Shown: in pieces, positions 1-8,550 of the stretch
How positions within the stretch are numbered: the first letter of the stretch is position 1
How the letters are laid out: each line of letters begins with the position of its first letter
Source of the DNA: an uncultured virus (IMG/VR IMGVR_UViG_3300009068_003844)
Taxonomy: Duplodnaviria; Heunggongvirae; Uroviricota; Caudoviricetes
DNA: 64,000 bases
Virus record (IMG/VR): IMGVR_UViG_3300009068_003844
Reading direction: 5' to 3' (one strand)
Position numbers and translations under genes: made by a program
Notes under the pieces: generated by a model
What the model was told of the DNA's origin: nothing
What the model saw: only the letters and a program-made list of their open reading frames with translations
Databases searched by the model: none

Positions 1-238
1 TACATCAACAAGTACGTCTACACTAACACCTACGCTAACATCAACAAGAACTCCTACATCAACAAGTACGTCTACACTAACACCTACGCTAACATCAACA
101 AGAACTCCTACATCAACAAGTACACCTACACTAACACCTACACTAACACCTACACTAACACCTACACTAACACCTACGCTAACATCAACAAGTACACCAA
201 CACTAACAAGTACACCTACACTAACACCTACGCCCACA
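1..238 (+). repeat. Thr/Ser/Pro coding tandem repeats (acactaacacct-type 12-mers, 54-nt duplicated unit)
   Basis: Visible tandem repeats encoding TPTL/TSTS. Similar PTQTST and PTST repeats at ~2048-2215. Confidence 0.9.
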
Positions 239-2776
239 TTATCTCCTAACCCTTTTAATAGTAATAATTTAGAATTTAATTTAAGAATAAACAGTTCTGC
301 CCGTTCAGAGTGGAATAAGGTAATTTCCACCAATAATGTTTATGATGTAGAAAGATTTCTTCCGGCAACCATAGTTCAAAATCCTCCTGAGACTTGGAAG
401 CAAACTTATGTTTCTGTTGAGTTGAATGTTTCTTATTCTGGAACGGCATTCCCAAAATCTACTGTGAGTGCAAGAGGAAAAGGATATGGTTCTTTAACGC
501 CATACAATAGAAAAATACCATTAAAGATAAAGTCAAATAATTTTATAAACGGAATAAATTCTGTAAAATATTTGGCATTAAATAATTCTTTGCAAGATGC
601 GTCTAAAATAAAACAACATATCATATACAAAATATTTAATGAGTATGGTATGCCCGCACCTAAAACAAACTTTTGCAGGCTTTTTATCAATGATCCCACA
701 TTAAAAATCACCAGCATAGACGGTAACATTGTTACCACAAATATAGAGCATTACCTTATAGAAGGAATGGGTGTTAAATTTATAGGATTAAGTGGAGTCT
801 CAGAAAATCAAGTCTTTTACGCTATATCAAACAGTTTAACTTCTACAACCTTTAAAGTTTCTTCAACAATCGGCGGAACGGAATTTTCTCTTCCATCAAT
901 AAGTTCTGATTTGGAATTTTCCATTGATTTCGGAGAGTACTTTGCGATAGAAGAATATAGAAATGTTTCTACGCTGGAAAGATTATTTGGACAAAATAAT
1001 ACACAACATTTATATGAAGTAAATATAACTACAAATCCATATGAATTTGTGGCAAATTCTATTGCCTATGATGTTGATTATGCTGATCCTAGTGTTTCTG
1101 GGCTAGGTGATCTTGAAAACTTTTTGAATAGAGTTCAATCATTCTCGTATGTGGAAGACTCGATCAAGAATCCACAAGGTTTAAGTTGGTATAATAATAT
1201 GTTAACTTGTGCACATATCGAACAGCTGATGAAGTATTGTGTTATAGAGCTTTATTGCGGCCACAATGATGGTTATGTTTCTTTTGGTAATAATAGCGTT
1301 TATCATAGCGACTCAAGTGGAAAATTTAGATTATTACCTTGGGGAGCAGACACGTACTTCGATGGATCAGGTTTAATTTTTGAGACTATGGGCTTTCAAT
1401 ACACACTTAATAATTCTTATTTCTTTGATCAATGTCTTTCTCATAGAGAAACTTTAGATATTTTTATATCTGAGTTGCTAAGCTTTCATAATTGGATACA
1501 AACATCAACATTTGAAGAGGATGACACAGTATTTAATGATATTTACAGTTATGTTAATTACGTGTATGACAAAAAAATAGCAAGTTTATTAAGTGATAAG
1601 AAAAATCCAATAGGAACAACACAACAGTCTATTTTAAATTCTAAAAATTTAATAATCACTTTCTTACAAAGTCGCCAAGGCGAGATAACAGAGTTTTTAA
1701 AGTGTCCAAACTTACCAAATAACTTTACGGCGGTTCAAGATGGTAATTTTGTTACTTTATCTTGGGATTGTGTTATATCCAATATTGGAAATGATAATAT
1801 CTCCAATGTTTCGTATCTTGTTTATTATGGATCTTATCCTTTAACGGATCCTTCCAAAGATTTAGGTTCTTGTATTATGTATGGCGCAATAAGTGAATGC
1901 ACAGTAACAATCGACCTAAGAAGCCTAACTTCCGATTACTCGGAAGGATTACAGTTTTTTATATTCCCCTATACTGCAGCTGAAGGTGGTGGTGCATATG
2001 TAAAATTACACACAGCATATTCTCGTCCCTTTTATTTACCACCTGCACCCACATCAACTCCCACACAAACATCAACTCCCACACAAACATCGACTCCCAC
2101 ACAAACATCGACTCCCACACAAACTAATCAAGATAATCAAGATGTGCCGACAACTTTGCCACCATACCCAACATCAACACCTACATCAACACCTACATCA
2201 ACACCTACATCAACACTGGGTCCTGGAATAATTCGAATAACGGAAGTCATGAGTTCAAGTGGAGCGGGTGGAACTGGAGACTGGTTCGAGTTGACAAATT
2301 TTGGAGGTTTGCCTGTTGATATTACTGGTTGGAAGATGGACGACGATTCATTCCTATACTCCAGTGCAGTATCACTTGTTCCTTATGGCGGATGGACAAC
2401 TATATCCGCAGGAGAATCAGTTGTTTGTATAGAAACTGCAACCCCGAATACGGCGGTTCCAGCATTCAAGAGTTTTTGGAGTTTAGGAAGTGGAGTAAAA
2501 ATTGCCACTTATTCTGGTAGTGGAGTAAGTTTCGGGGCCAATGGGGACGGAGTTGTAATATACAATTCAAGTCGATCAGAAGTTACAAGAGTGCCGCCAT
2601 TGCCGCTATCTAATTTTGCAGTAGCCACAACTGGGGTTACTTTCTATTGGCGGTATGACTCTAATGGAACTTTGATTTCGAATGCTGCTGGGACATTGAA
2701 TTCAAATGGAGTATTAGGTGCATACCGGTCAGCAGGGATTGGCAATATAGGTTCCCCAGGAATTTATTATCTATAA
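1..2776 (+). CDS. Large CotH-kinase-like protein with Thr/Pro-rich linkers and C-terminal lamin-tail-like domain (5' truncated by window)
   Basis: Frame is open from position 2 through TSTPTLTPT repeats into ORF 422-2776. CotH-like motifs: RGKG..K.P.KIK, LALNNSLQDAS, PAPKTNFCRLFIN, GHNDGY, FRLLPWGAD. LTD-like IRITEVM...DWFELTN...VDITGWKMDD. Confidence 0.75.
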   Translation, partial: TSTSTSTLTPTLTSTRTPTSTSTSTLTPTLTSTRTPTSTSTPTLTPTLTPTLTPTLTPTLTSTSTPTLTSTPTLTPTPTLSPNPFNSNNLEFNLRINSSARSEWNKVISTNNVYDVERFLPATIVQNPPETWKQTYVSVELNVSYSGTAFPKSTVSARGKGYGSLTPYNRKIPLKIKSNNFINGINSVKYLALNNSLQDASKIKQHIIYKIFNEYGMPAPKTNFCRLFINDPTLKITSIDGNIVTTNIEHYLIEGMGVKFIGLSGVSENQVFYAISNSLTSTTFKVSSTIGGTEFSLPSISSDLEFSIDFGEYFAIEEYRNVSTLERLFGQNNTQHLYEVNITTNPYEFVANSIAYDVDYADPSVSGLGDLENFLNRVQSFSYVEDSIKNPQGLSWYNNMLTCAHIEQLMKYCVIELYCGHNDGYVSFGNNSVYHSDSSGKFRLLPWGADTYFDGSGLIFETMGFQYTLNNSYFFDQCLSHRETLDIFISELLSFHNWIQTSTFEEDDTVFNDIYSYVNYVYDKKIASLLSDKKNPIGTTQQSILNSKNLIITFLQSRQGEITEFLKCPNLPNNFTAVQDGNFVTLSWDCVISNIGNDNISNVSYLVYYGSYPLTDPSKDLGSCIMYGAISECTVTIDLRSLTSDYSEGLQFFIFPYTAAEGGGAYVKLHTAYSRPFYLPPAPTSTPTQTSTPTQTSTPTQTSTPTQTNQDNQDVPTTLPPYPTSTPTSTPTSTPTSTLGPGIIRITEVMSSSGAGGTGDWFELTNFGGLPVDITGWKMDDDSFLYSSAVSLVPYGGWTTISAGESVVCIETATPNTAVPAFKSFWSLGSGVKIATYSGSGVSFGANGDGVVIYNSSRSEVTRVPPLPLSNFAVATTGVTFYWRYDSNGTLISNAAGTLNSNGVLGAYRSAGIGNIGSPGIYYL

Positions 2777-2839
2777 AGTAAAATACATTTATCACAAAAG
2801 GTAAAAATGGTATTTTTTGTAGTAAACTATATTAGTTAG

Positions 2840-3505
2840 ATGCAAAACAAAGTTTGTTTTTTAATACCATCAACTTCAAATAAGTGCGATTATAAAAGCG
2901 TAGAATCTTCTACTTTATATTCCGAGTACTATAAATCCATTAAAAAATTTGATATTGAAAAGTATAATTTTTTAATTGGATTTGATGGTGATGATATCTT
3001 TTACAAAAATAATTTAGAAGAACTGAAGAAGTTGCTTCCAAATAACTTTGATTATTTTTTTATAGATAATCCTAAAAAAAGTTATGTTGAAATAGTCAAT
3101 AAATTATCAATTATAGCTAAGAATTTCTACAATGCTGATTATCTTTTTGTGAATGGAGATGATCTCAATCTATCCAGATTAGATTTCATAGATTCTTTTA
3201 TTGAATACATTAACGCCAATAAACAGATAGGATTAGGTCATGCCCAAGACTGCTCTAGCGTCTATGGTATTTGCACCAACCCTTTTGTTAGCATGGAACA
3301 TGTCAACAGGTTAGGTTATTTTTATCCTAATGAAATCAAGAATTGGTATTGCGATGATTGGATTCATTTACTATATCAAAAATTAGATAAAGTTATAAAA
3401 ACAGAAGATTGCATAATAAAAAACAAAGTTATAGCAAGATATGATATTTTTAGTGTAAAAAATAGGTTAGATATTTTGGTTAATGAGGCATTTTCTAAGT
3501 TTTGA
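2840..3505 (+). CDS. Putative glycosyltransferase (GT-A fold-like)
   Basis: FLIPST N-terminus, IGFDGDD, YLFVNGDD (DxD-like), NWYCDDWI. Confidence 0.6.
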   Translation: MQNKVCFLIPSTSNKCDYKSVESSTLYSEYYKSIKKFDIEKYNFLIGFDGDDIFYKNNLEELKKLLPNNFDYFFIDNPKKSYVEIVNKLSIIAKNFYNADYLFVNGDDLNLSRLDFIDSFIEYINANKQIGLGHAQDCSSVYGICTNPFVSMEHVNRLGYFYPNEIKNWYCDDWIHLLYQKLDKVIKTEDCIIKNKVIARYDIFSVKNRLDILVNEAFSKF

Positions 3506-3661
3506 AATATATTCTGTGTTGTCATTTGTTTTTTTTTGAAAAAGTTTCTGGACTTTTTGTTTCTTTTGGGTACAGTTGACTGTTGTGACGATTGATCGTG
3601 TCAAGAGAGGTTAGAGTCTTATTGGGTTTCCCGCTGAAACGGAACCTTTTTAATCCTTTAA

Positions 3662-3680
3662 GTTTCTTTTTGGTACGGTT
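3662..3680 (+). promoter_or_regulatory. Phage motif GTTTCTTTTTGGTACGGTT (putative promoter)
   Basis: One of ~18 co-oriented copies. A variant copy lies at 3559-3577. Confidence 0.7.
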
Positions 3681-3745
3681 GTTGGTCGTGCGACAGTCCT
3701 CATGTGAGGCTGGCACAAAGAATAGTTTTTAAAAGAGGTGTAATT

Positions 3746-4024
3746 ATGGCTCGTCCTAAGAAGTATGTTCGTGGTCGTCGTGCTGGTAAGAAGAGTGTTG
3801 ATATGGAAACGTTCCTCACTACGGTTGCCAAGGTGGCTGCTGCTGGTGGTACGCAGTCGGAAGTTGCCGATAAACTCGGTCTGACCGCTGGTGCTGTCAG
3901 CCTGCGTTGCAAGGCTCTCCGTGATCGTGGTGTCAAGGTTCCGAAGTTCACCAAGGCTGGTACTGTCGGTCGCCGTATTGACGTTGCCGCCTGTAATGCT
4001 ATTCTGGCCGCTGCGGCTGGTTGA
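3746..4024 (+). CDS. Small basic helix-turn-helix DNA-binding protein
   Basis: TQSEVADKLGLTAGAVSLRCKALRDRGV; RBS GAGGTG before ATG 3746; paralog of 6902-7156. Confidence 0.75.
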   Translation: MARPKKYVRGRRAGKKSVDMETFLTTVAKVAAAGGTQSEVADKLGLTAGAVSLRCKALRDRGVKVPKFTKAGTVGRRIDVAACNAILAAAAG

Positions 4025-4031
4025 TCGTTAC

Positions 4032-4093
4032 AGCAGAGGTGGGGAGCCTGCAACAAGGTGGTTGTGGAACAGGTTCAATTCCTGTTATCTGCT
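4032..4093 (+). ncRNA. tRNA-like mini-structure (acceptor-like stem + T-arm, no D-arm)
   Basis: AGCAGA/TCTGCT closing stem, AACAGG-TTCAATT-CCTGTT T-arm, one central hairpin CTGCAAC/GTTGTGG. Confidence 0.45.
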
Positions 4094-4134
4094 TAAGACC
4101 CGCCCTAATCAATTTAGGGCGGGTCTTATCTTTT
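4094..4134 (+). terminator. Rho-independent terminator
   Basis: TAAGACCCGCCCTA / TAGGGCGGGTCTTA inverted repeat followed by T-rich tail. Confidence 0.75.
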
Positions 4135-4155
4135 AATAAATCAAATCGAGATTTT

Positions 4156-4605
4156 ATGCTTAGTGATAAAATAAAAGTATTTCAAAATTGCGCAGGAATT
4201 AATTTCGCAAAAGACGGGTATTTATCCCCGGCTCTTATCGCTGAATATACAGATTCTGAAATCAATGTATATTCAGCAGATTTTAATTCGCCTGATGATA
4301 AAGAAAAATTTGCCGACTTTATCAGATATCAGATAATTGAAAAACAACTTGTTGAGTATCTTTTTGTTGCTGAATCTTGGATGAGTCTTTATGAAAAAGA
4401 TGGATCTTTTGTTAAAAAGATAGAAGCAATAACAATGACTCACTGCAGCAAGTTTCTTCCATATGAAACAGGCTATTATTCGGAAATAGAAAGATTTTCC
4501 GAAGATACTGCTATTCTTAAAGAATGGGTTGAATTTGGTAAAACATATGGTAGTGAAGGTAATTTTTCTAATTTATTTCTTAAATGTTCTCACGAATGGA
4601 ATTGA
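4156..4605 (+). CDS. Hypothetical protein
   Basis: ORF; start moved to ATG 4156, downstream of the terminator. Confidence 0.6.
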   Translation: MLSDKIKVFQNCAGINFAKDGYLSPALIAEYTDSEINVYSADFNSPDDKEKFADFIRYQIIEKQLVEYLFVAESWMSLYEKDGSFVKKIEAITMTHCSKFLPYETGYYSEIERFSEDTAILKEWVEFGKTYGSEGNFSNLFLKCSHEWN

Positions 4606-4622
4606 ATAATAAAGGAATCATA

Positions 4623-5708
4623 ATGTCTGTGATCGAATCTGCCAATCTGTATTATAAAGAAGGCGCCAGCGACAAAGTTTATCACACCACCATTGAAGAT
4701 ATCAGCAGTGGATATGTTGTGAATTTTAGTTATGGACGCAGGGGAAGTGCCTTGAAAACAGGCAGTAAAACCCAAAGTCCAACTACTCTTGAAGATGCCA
4801 AGACTATTTTTAATAATCTTGTAAAGGAAAAAACGAGCAAGGGATATAGGTTTGTTGAAAATGCCAATCCCTCTGAAATTCCTGTTGTGAGTGATGATCT
4901 GCCTGATACTCCCAATGAGATACAGTGCGTTCTCTTAAATCCAATTAGTCAAGATGAAGCTGAAAAGCTTATTAATGATGATAATTGGGCTCTCCAACAT
5001 AAACTTGATGGTGTCCGGTTTATGTTGGGTAAGGAAAAGGATCAGTCTCCCCACGGAATTAATCGTAAGGGCAAAAGGATCAGCATTCCTACTGTGATTT
5101 GGAATGTTGTCACTAAGTTTGATGATAATTTCTTAGTTGATGGTGAACTGATTGGTGAGACTTTGCACGTTTTTGATATTCTCGAATATCGCAGTGAATG
5201 TCTTAGGAAGAAAAGTTTAATTGAGAGGATGAAATATCTCAAAACTTTGTTTAAGTACATTGAATCTGAGAATATTATTCATACTCCTCTTTATCTTGAA
5301 AAGAAAGACAAGCGTGAGGTTTATGACAGTTTGCTTAAAGAAAACAAAGAAGGAGTTGTCTTCAAGCATATTGATGCTCACTATAATATTGGTCGCCCTG
5401 CAAGTGGCGGAAACTATTTGAAGTACAAGTTTTATAGTACGTGTAGTTGTGTGGTTACCGAAATTAATAAAAAGCGTAGTGCTGCTATTGGTCTTTACAA
5501 GGGAAAGAAACTTGTGAAGGCCGGAAATGTAACCATTCCTGTTAATTTCGATGTACCGAATGTGGGTGAAATCGTAGAGGTAAAATACCTCTACGCCAGA
5601 AAGCAATCTGGTTCTCTATATCAACCTATTTATTTGGGTGTTAGGAATGACATCTCAAAAGAAGAGTGCCAGCAAACACAATTAAAGTTTAAAGCAGAAG
5701 AAGAATGA
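4623..5708 (+). CDS. WGR-domain ATP-dependent DNA ligase
   Basis: N-terminal WGR-like (SDKVY...YGRRGS...KEKTSKGY); ligase motifs HKLDGVR, LVDGEL, VFDIL, EGVVFK, YLKYK; OB-fold VEVKY. Confidence 0.85.
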   Translation: MSVIESANLYYKEGASDKVYHTTIEDISSGYVVNFSYGRRGSALKTGSKTQSPTTLEDAKTIFNNLVKEKTSKGYRFVENANPSEIPVVSDDLPDTPNEIQCVLLNPISQDEAEKLINDDNWALQHKLDGVRFMLGKEKDQSPHGINRKGKRISIPTVIWNVVTKFDDNFLVDGELIGETLHVFDILEYRSECLRKKSLIERMKYLKTLFKYIESENIIHTPLYLEKKDKREVYDSLLKENKEGVVFKHIDAHYNIGRPASGGNYLKYKFYSTCSCVVTEINKKRSAAIGLYKGKKLVKAGNVTIPVNFDVPNVGEIVEVKYLYARKQSGSLYQPIYLGVRNDISKEECQQTQLKFKAEEE

Positions 5709-5931
5709 TCAGTCTTTCTTCTTGAGGCTTTCATTCTCTATCTGCAGTTTTCTGATTTGGCTTTCAAGTTCGTTGATTCCTCTTATAATTCGGAGAATCT
5801 GATCCCTTTTCTCTTCTTCATATGTGTTTGTTGCGATTCTTTTTAGTTCGCTCATATCCTGTGGCAAAATAGCTGGCATATAATTCCTTTTTGTTAAAAA
5901 TCTTCCTAAAAATAAGATAGTAAAAACAAAA

Positions 5932-5949
5932 GTTTCTTTTTGGTACGTT
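5932..5949 (+). promoter_or_regulatory. Phage motif copy GTTTCTTTTTGGTACGTT
   Basis: Intergenic, 37 nt before 5986 start. Confidence 0.6.
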
Positions 5950-5985
5950 GAAGACTCGACCTCTCCACGGACGGAACCAATAATT

Positions 5986-6738
5986 GTGATATACAAAAAC
6001 AAAAGCAAAGCAATCAAAGAAACTGGCATTAGTTACTTGGGCAGCGTCAATATGACTGCCAAGCATTCTAAGGCATTTAAATATAACGAACTTACATATT
6101 CTTTGTATTTATCTCCTGCAAATACATCTGGATTTGAAGTTTGTGCAGGAAGAACAAAAGAATGCACAATTGCTTGCTTGCATGAATCTGGACTTAATCG
6201 CATAGATCATAAGCAGAATAATATCAATAAGTCTAGAATTGCAAAGACAAGGCTCTTTTTTCAAGAGCGTGATTATTTCATGAGTTGGATGATTGATGAA
6301 ATTGAATCAACAAGAAGTAAGGCTAAGAAACTTGGATATAATTTTAGTATAAGATTAAATAACACAAGTGATTTATCTCCTGAAATCTTTACGCTTGGAG
6401 ATAAGAATATTCTCGAGATATTTAGTGACTGCCAATTTTATGAGTACAGCAAGATCTATCGAAGAATTGCTTTAACTAAGAAATATCATAATTATGATCT
6501 AACTTTTTCATATAGTGGAAATAATATTGAAGAATGTCAAAAGGCAATCAATATTGATAATACTAGAGTGGCTGTGGTTTTTAAAGATAAGTTGCCTGAA
6601 AAGTTTATTGATCATGAGGTTATTAGCGGGGATGAATATGATATGCGTTATCATGATCCAAAAAACGTAATAATTGGTTTGAAATTCAAAAAGGTTAGAA
6701 ACGAAATCGATCTTAATAACAATTCTTTTGTTGTCTAA
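5986..6738 (+). CDS. Gp88-like phage protein
   Basis: LSPA...VC...C...CL, RLNNTSDL, QFYEYSK, YDLTFSYSG, GDEYDMRYHD are typical of the phage GP88 family. Confidence 0.7.
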   Translation: MIYKNKSKAIKETGISYLGSVNMTAKHSKAFKYNELTYSLYLSPANTSGFEVCAGRTKECTIACLHESGLNRIDHKQNNINKSRIAKTRLFFQERDYFMSWMIDEIESTRSKAKKLGYNFSIRLNNTSDLSPEIFTLGDKNILEIFSDCQFYEYSKIYRRIALTKKYHNYDLTFSYSGNNIEECQKAINIDNTRVAVVFKDKLPEKFIDHEVISGDEYDMRYHDPKNVIIGLKFKKVRNEIDLNNNSFVV

Positions 6739-6901
6739 ATATAAGTGTCCGCCACACACAACAGAAAAATCTCAAGAATCCACAGAAGAAAATTTTTTTC
6801 TAGATAGCCCCTTGTCTTTTGTTTTTTGTTGTGTATCGTTGATCTGAAGAGCATATCTGTGTGGTATGCGAAAGAACTAGAGACAAATGGAGGATTTCAC
6901 C

Positions 6902-7156
6902 ATGTCCAAGAAAACAGCCGGCGATAAGAGAACATACGTCACCATTGAGAATTTCCTCAGAGCGTATGAGAATCCTGCTTTTGGCTCTATTGGTGAAGTG
7001 GCAGACCATCTTGGCCTCAAGCCTAGTGCCGTGAGCCAAAGAGCTAGTAAGTTACGCCAGAAAGGTGTTGACCTTCGTAAGTTCAGTGGCAGTGGTCGCC
7101 CAAATGTTGTTGAAAAAGCAAACGAAATTCTGAAGCTGATTCGCAGCAAGAAGTAA
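6902..7156 (+). CDS. Small helix-turn-helix DNA-binding protein
   Basis: IGEVADHLGLKPSAVSQRASKLRQKGV; GGAGG RBS; paralog of 3746-4024. Confidence 0.75.
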   Translation: MSKKTAGDKRTYVTIENFLRAYENPAFGSIGEVADHLGLKPSAVSQRASKLRQKGVDLRKFSGSGRPNVVEKANEILKLIRSKK

Positions 7157-7178
7157 GTTTGTAAAATAACTGAAATCC

Positions 7179-7228
7179 AATCCCCCATTGGTCATCTTAA
7201 TTGCGACCAATGGGGGATTATTTTTTTT
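7179..7228 (+). terminator. Rho-independent terminator
   Basis: AATCCCCCATTGGTC / GACCAATGGGGGATT stem followed by a T run. Confidence 0.85.
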
Positions 7229-7296
7229 AGCATTGACAGATCACCATTATTTTTGGTATGCTCAAAGGTTTATTTGTTGCTCAAAGTCCCTGCCGT

Positions 7297-7315
7297 GTTT
7301 CTTTTTGGTACGGTT
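7297..7315 (+). promoter_or_regulatory. Phage motif copy GTTTCTTTTTGGTACGGTT
   Basis: Exact copy; a TTGACA-18-TATGCT sigma70-like site lies just upstream (7233-7262). Confidence 0.7.
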
Positions 7316-7457
7316 GTCCCCTGTCCCGACAAAGAGGAAAAAATGTCTACAACTACTGCCCCTGTAAAAACGCCAGTTAGAAGCCCCGATAAGACACCCA
7401 GCAGCGATCCTTTTAAGAGTCCGAAACCAACTGTGATGCCCGAACCAAAAAACTAAT

Positions 7458-8471
7458 ATGTATAATAATTCTTTGCATGTGAATCCTGGTATTAGAAATT
7501 TTTGGACTAATCTCAGGAAGAATGATTCTGAATTTCATGTATTCAAGAAAAATAGGAATCTAGTATATTTCGGTCACGATCTCAGTAAGAGTAGTTACGA
7601 GTTTGTTCAAGATAGAATGAACAATCTTGGGATCAAGTTTGACCATAATAATTTGACGATGAGTTTCCTTAAAGCCCTTGAAGTTGAAAAGGGCAAAGAA
7701 GAAGTTCTTAGGGATCTTGCAATCAAGGCAGTTTGTGAAGCATTTGAAATTCCAGAAGATTTGCTTGATGCGAGTCTCAATGATGATGAAAATATTGAAG
7801 TAAATAATACCGAAGAAAGCTTCCCTGAAAATGTAGATTATGATTCTCTTGATCAAAATATCAAAGATCTGATCAATAAAAGGATCTTGATCAATTCAAT
7901 TATCCAAGGTGCCAGCATTCATGCTTTTTATACAATGCACCATCTTGTGAAAAATGAATTGGATGAAGTATCCCCTGAATTGATTAAATTGTATGATGAA
8001 ATCAGTGTGGGTACAGTTTTTTCTTATTGGAAGATTGACTATTCAGCTATAGTTGATAAGATGGATCCTTCCATGCTGGTTCAGGGTAGTTCTAAGGTGG
8101 AATACGAAGAAGATTCAGATGAACCTTCTGTTGTTGCGGCCGCTAGAACATTTGCAGTTCTTTGCCAAGAATTAGTGAAGGGTGCAATTGAATGTATTGC
8201 ACTTCATGGTAGCAGAGATATTTCAGAAGAAGAACTCAAAATTGTTTATAGTTTTGCTGATAAAAGAAGCGATGAACCAAGATATATCCAAATTGGTTCA
8301 GAAGTTTGGCGTAAAATTCTTTGCCTGATCAAGCAGTATAGAGAAAATGAAAAGATTTCTCTTCCTGAGTTCATCATGAAAATCTGTGTTCTCGAGCCAA
8401 ATGATATTGAAAATTTCTTTGAGTTCTTTATGTCTGGTGAGAATGATAAAGCTATTGCCCTCCTAGATTGA
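7458..8471 (+). CDS. Hypothetical phage protein
   Basis: 337-aa ORF, no motif recognised. Confidence 0.7.
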   Translation: MYNNSLHVNPGIRNFWTNLRKNDSEFHVFKKNRNLVYFGHDLSKSSYEFVQDRMNNLGIKFDHNNLTMSFLKALEVEKGKEEVLRDLAIKAVCEAFEIPEDLLDASLNDDENIEVNNTEESFPENVDYDSLDQNIKDLINKRILINSIIQGASIHAFYTMHHLVKNELDEVSPELIKLYDEISVGTVFSYWKIDYSAIVDKMDPSMLVQGSSKVEYEEDSDEPSVVAAARTFAVLCQELVKGAIECIALHGSRDISEEELKIVYSFADKRSDEPRYIQIGSEVWRKILCLIKQYRENEKISLPEFIMKICVLEPNDIENFFEFFMSGENDKAIALLD

Positions 8472-8481
8472 TTTGAGGGAG

Positions 8482-8500
8482 GTTTCTTTTTGGTACGGTA
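8482..8500 (+). promoter_or_regulatory. Phage motif copy GTTTCTTTTTGGTACGGTA
   Basis: Intergenic, upstream of the rIIA-like gene. Confidence 0.7.
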
Positions 8501-8550
8501 GAATGTTGTCAGCGACGGACAAATAAAATTTTTACAAGGAGATCCATAAC

